A stretch of 46,289 bases of DNA from a virus (Duplodnaviria; Caudoviricetes). The notes below the pieces were generated by a model. That model saw only the letters and a list, made by a program, of their open reading frames with translations. It had not been told where the DNA came from and did no database searches. Position 1 is the stretch's first letter. Each line of letters begins with the position of its first letter. The stretch is taken from IMG/VR virus record IMGVR_UViG_3300005077_000450, positions 1 through 46,289 of that record; one strand, 5' to 3'. Below are positions 45,591-46,289 of this stretch, one piece after another. A program made the position numbers and the translations under genes.

Positions 45591-46003
45591 TTTATTTAGC
45601 ATCCCCACTAACCCACGAAAGCCTCGGCGTCATGGAGCGCCGCATCGACGCGACGGCGAAGGTGTACGCCAGGCTTCATCGGCAGGGCATCTACACCATC
45701 GCGCCGACGGTTGCCTCATGGGAGCTTGCGCGGCGCAGCGGCCTTCCTACCGACTGGAATTTCTGGCGGCCGTGGTGCCTCGCGCTGCTTCGGCGGTGTT
45801 CTGGAATGTATATCCTGCGTTTGCCGGGCTGGGAGCGAAGCGTTGGGAACGCGAAGGAGTACGTAGAATTGACACATGACACCCACGCCGTTCGGATCAA
45901 CCGGCGAATAATCCTACTTAGGCTTTTTCCCATGGCGCATCTTTTCATCAACTACCTCACATCAAGCCGCCCCGGGCGGCGTGGGTTCTTTTTTGTTTCT
46001 TAA
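45587..46003 (+). CDS. DUF1937-like protein with aberrant C-terminus
   Basis: MIYLASP, LPTDWNFW and LPGWERSVG motifs; family resemblance is lost after ~45850, where the ORF reads through a hairpin element. Confidence 0.7.
   Translation: MIYLASPLTHESLGVMERRIDATAKVYARLHRQGIYTIAPTVASWELARRSGLPTDWNFWRPWCLALLRRCSGMYILRLPGWERSVGNAKEYVELTHDTHAVRINRRIILLRLFPMAHLFINYLTSSRPGRRGFFFVS
45881..45994 (+). ncRNA. hairpin-closed candidate antisense RNA / large-loop terminator
   Basis: 15-bp stem ACCCACGCCGTTCGG / CCGGGCGGCGTGGGT plus TCTTTTTT; loop resembles 36480-36508 and 36564-36580. Confidence 0.55.
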
Positions 46004-46020
46004 TTCAAGGAGGTGAATCA

Positions 46021-46289
46021 ATGGTAGCTTTTTCGAAAGACACGATGGATTATTTGGCTGCGGCTGCTGCCGTAAAGACTGTGAAGGTGACGCCAACAGA
46101 AAGCATCGACGCTGCGCTGGCGCAGCTTCCAAACGGCGGCGTGCTTTTTATGGAGGGTGAGTTTAATGACATCAACAACCGCTTGCGCCTGAACAACCGG
46201 CGGTATACGAAGGAATCGCCGCTGATTATTGACGGGCAGGATAAGACGGTTCACGGGCCGAGTGTTAGCGTGCAGGATTCGCAATGGAT
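46021..46289 (+). CDS. 5' part of a probable parallel beta-helix (pectate-lyase-like) protein, truncated by the window end
   Basis: RBS AAGGAGGTGA; open frame MVAFSKDTMDY..SIDAALAQLPNGGVLFMEGEF..PLIIDGQ; not in the ORF track. Confidence 0.6.
   Translation, partial: MVAFSKDTMDYLAAAAAVKTVKVTPTESIDAALAQLPNGGVLFMEGEFNDINNRLRLNNRRYTKESPLIIDGQDKTVHGPSVSVQDSQW

Overview
A near-complete (~46 kb, both ends open) temperate siphovirus genome, almost entirely + strand. Gene order: accessory phosphoesterases; SAM methyltransferase, terminase small subunit, GT2 glycosyltransferase and terminase large subunit; DUF4055 portal, SPP1-gp7-like head protein, scaffold and P22-type capsid; neck and tail with a -1 frameshifted chaperone, tape measure and RcGTA-like tail tip (two DUF2460, DUF2163, NlpC/P60, megatron-like, DUF2793); an IbrA/IbrB module with an in-frame TGA in ibrA; HTH_17 plus a large serine integrase with a candidate attP inside its 3' end; a two-gene minus-strand immunity operon (CI-like repressor lacking autocleavage residues plus an unannotated 56-aa membrane protein); and recombination/replication genes. 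The most striking signal is a set of hairpin-associated non-coding elements on the + strand (4081-4168, 7964-8037, an array at 39744-40566, and 45881-45994). They carry gapped copies of the + strand of the immunity operon, so their RNAs would be antisense to the RBS, start codon or coding sequence of the repressor and the membrane gene. This suggests a distributed, trans-acting antisense RNA switch against lysogeny. All family assignments are from motif recognition by eye; no searches were run.
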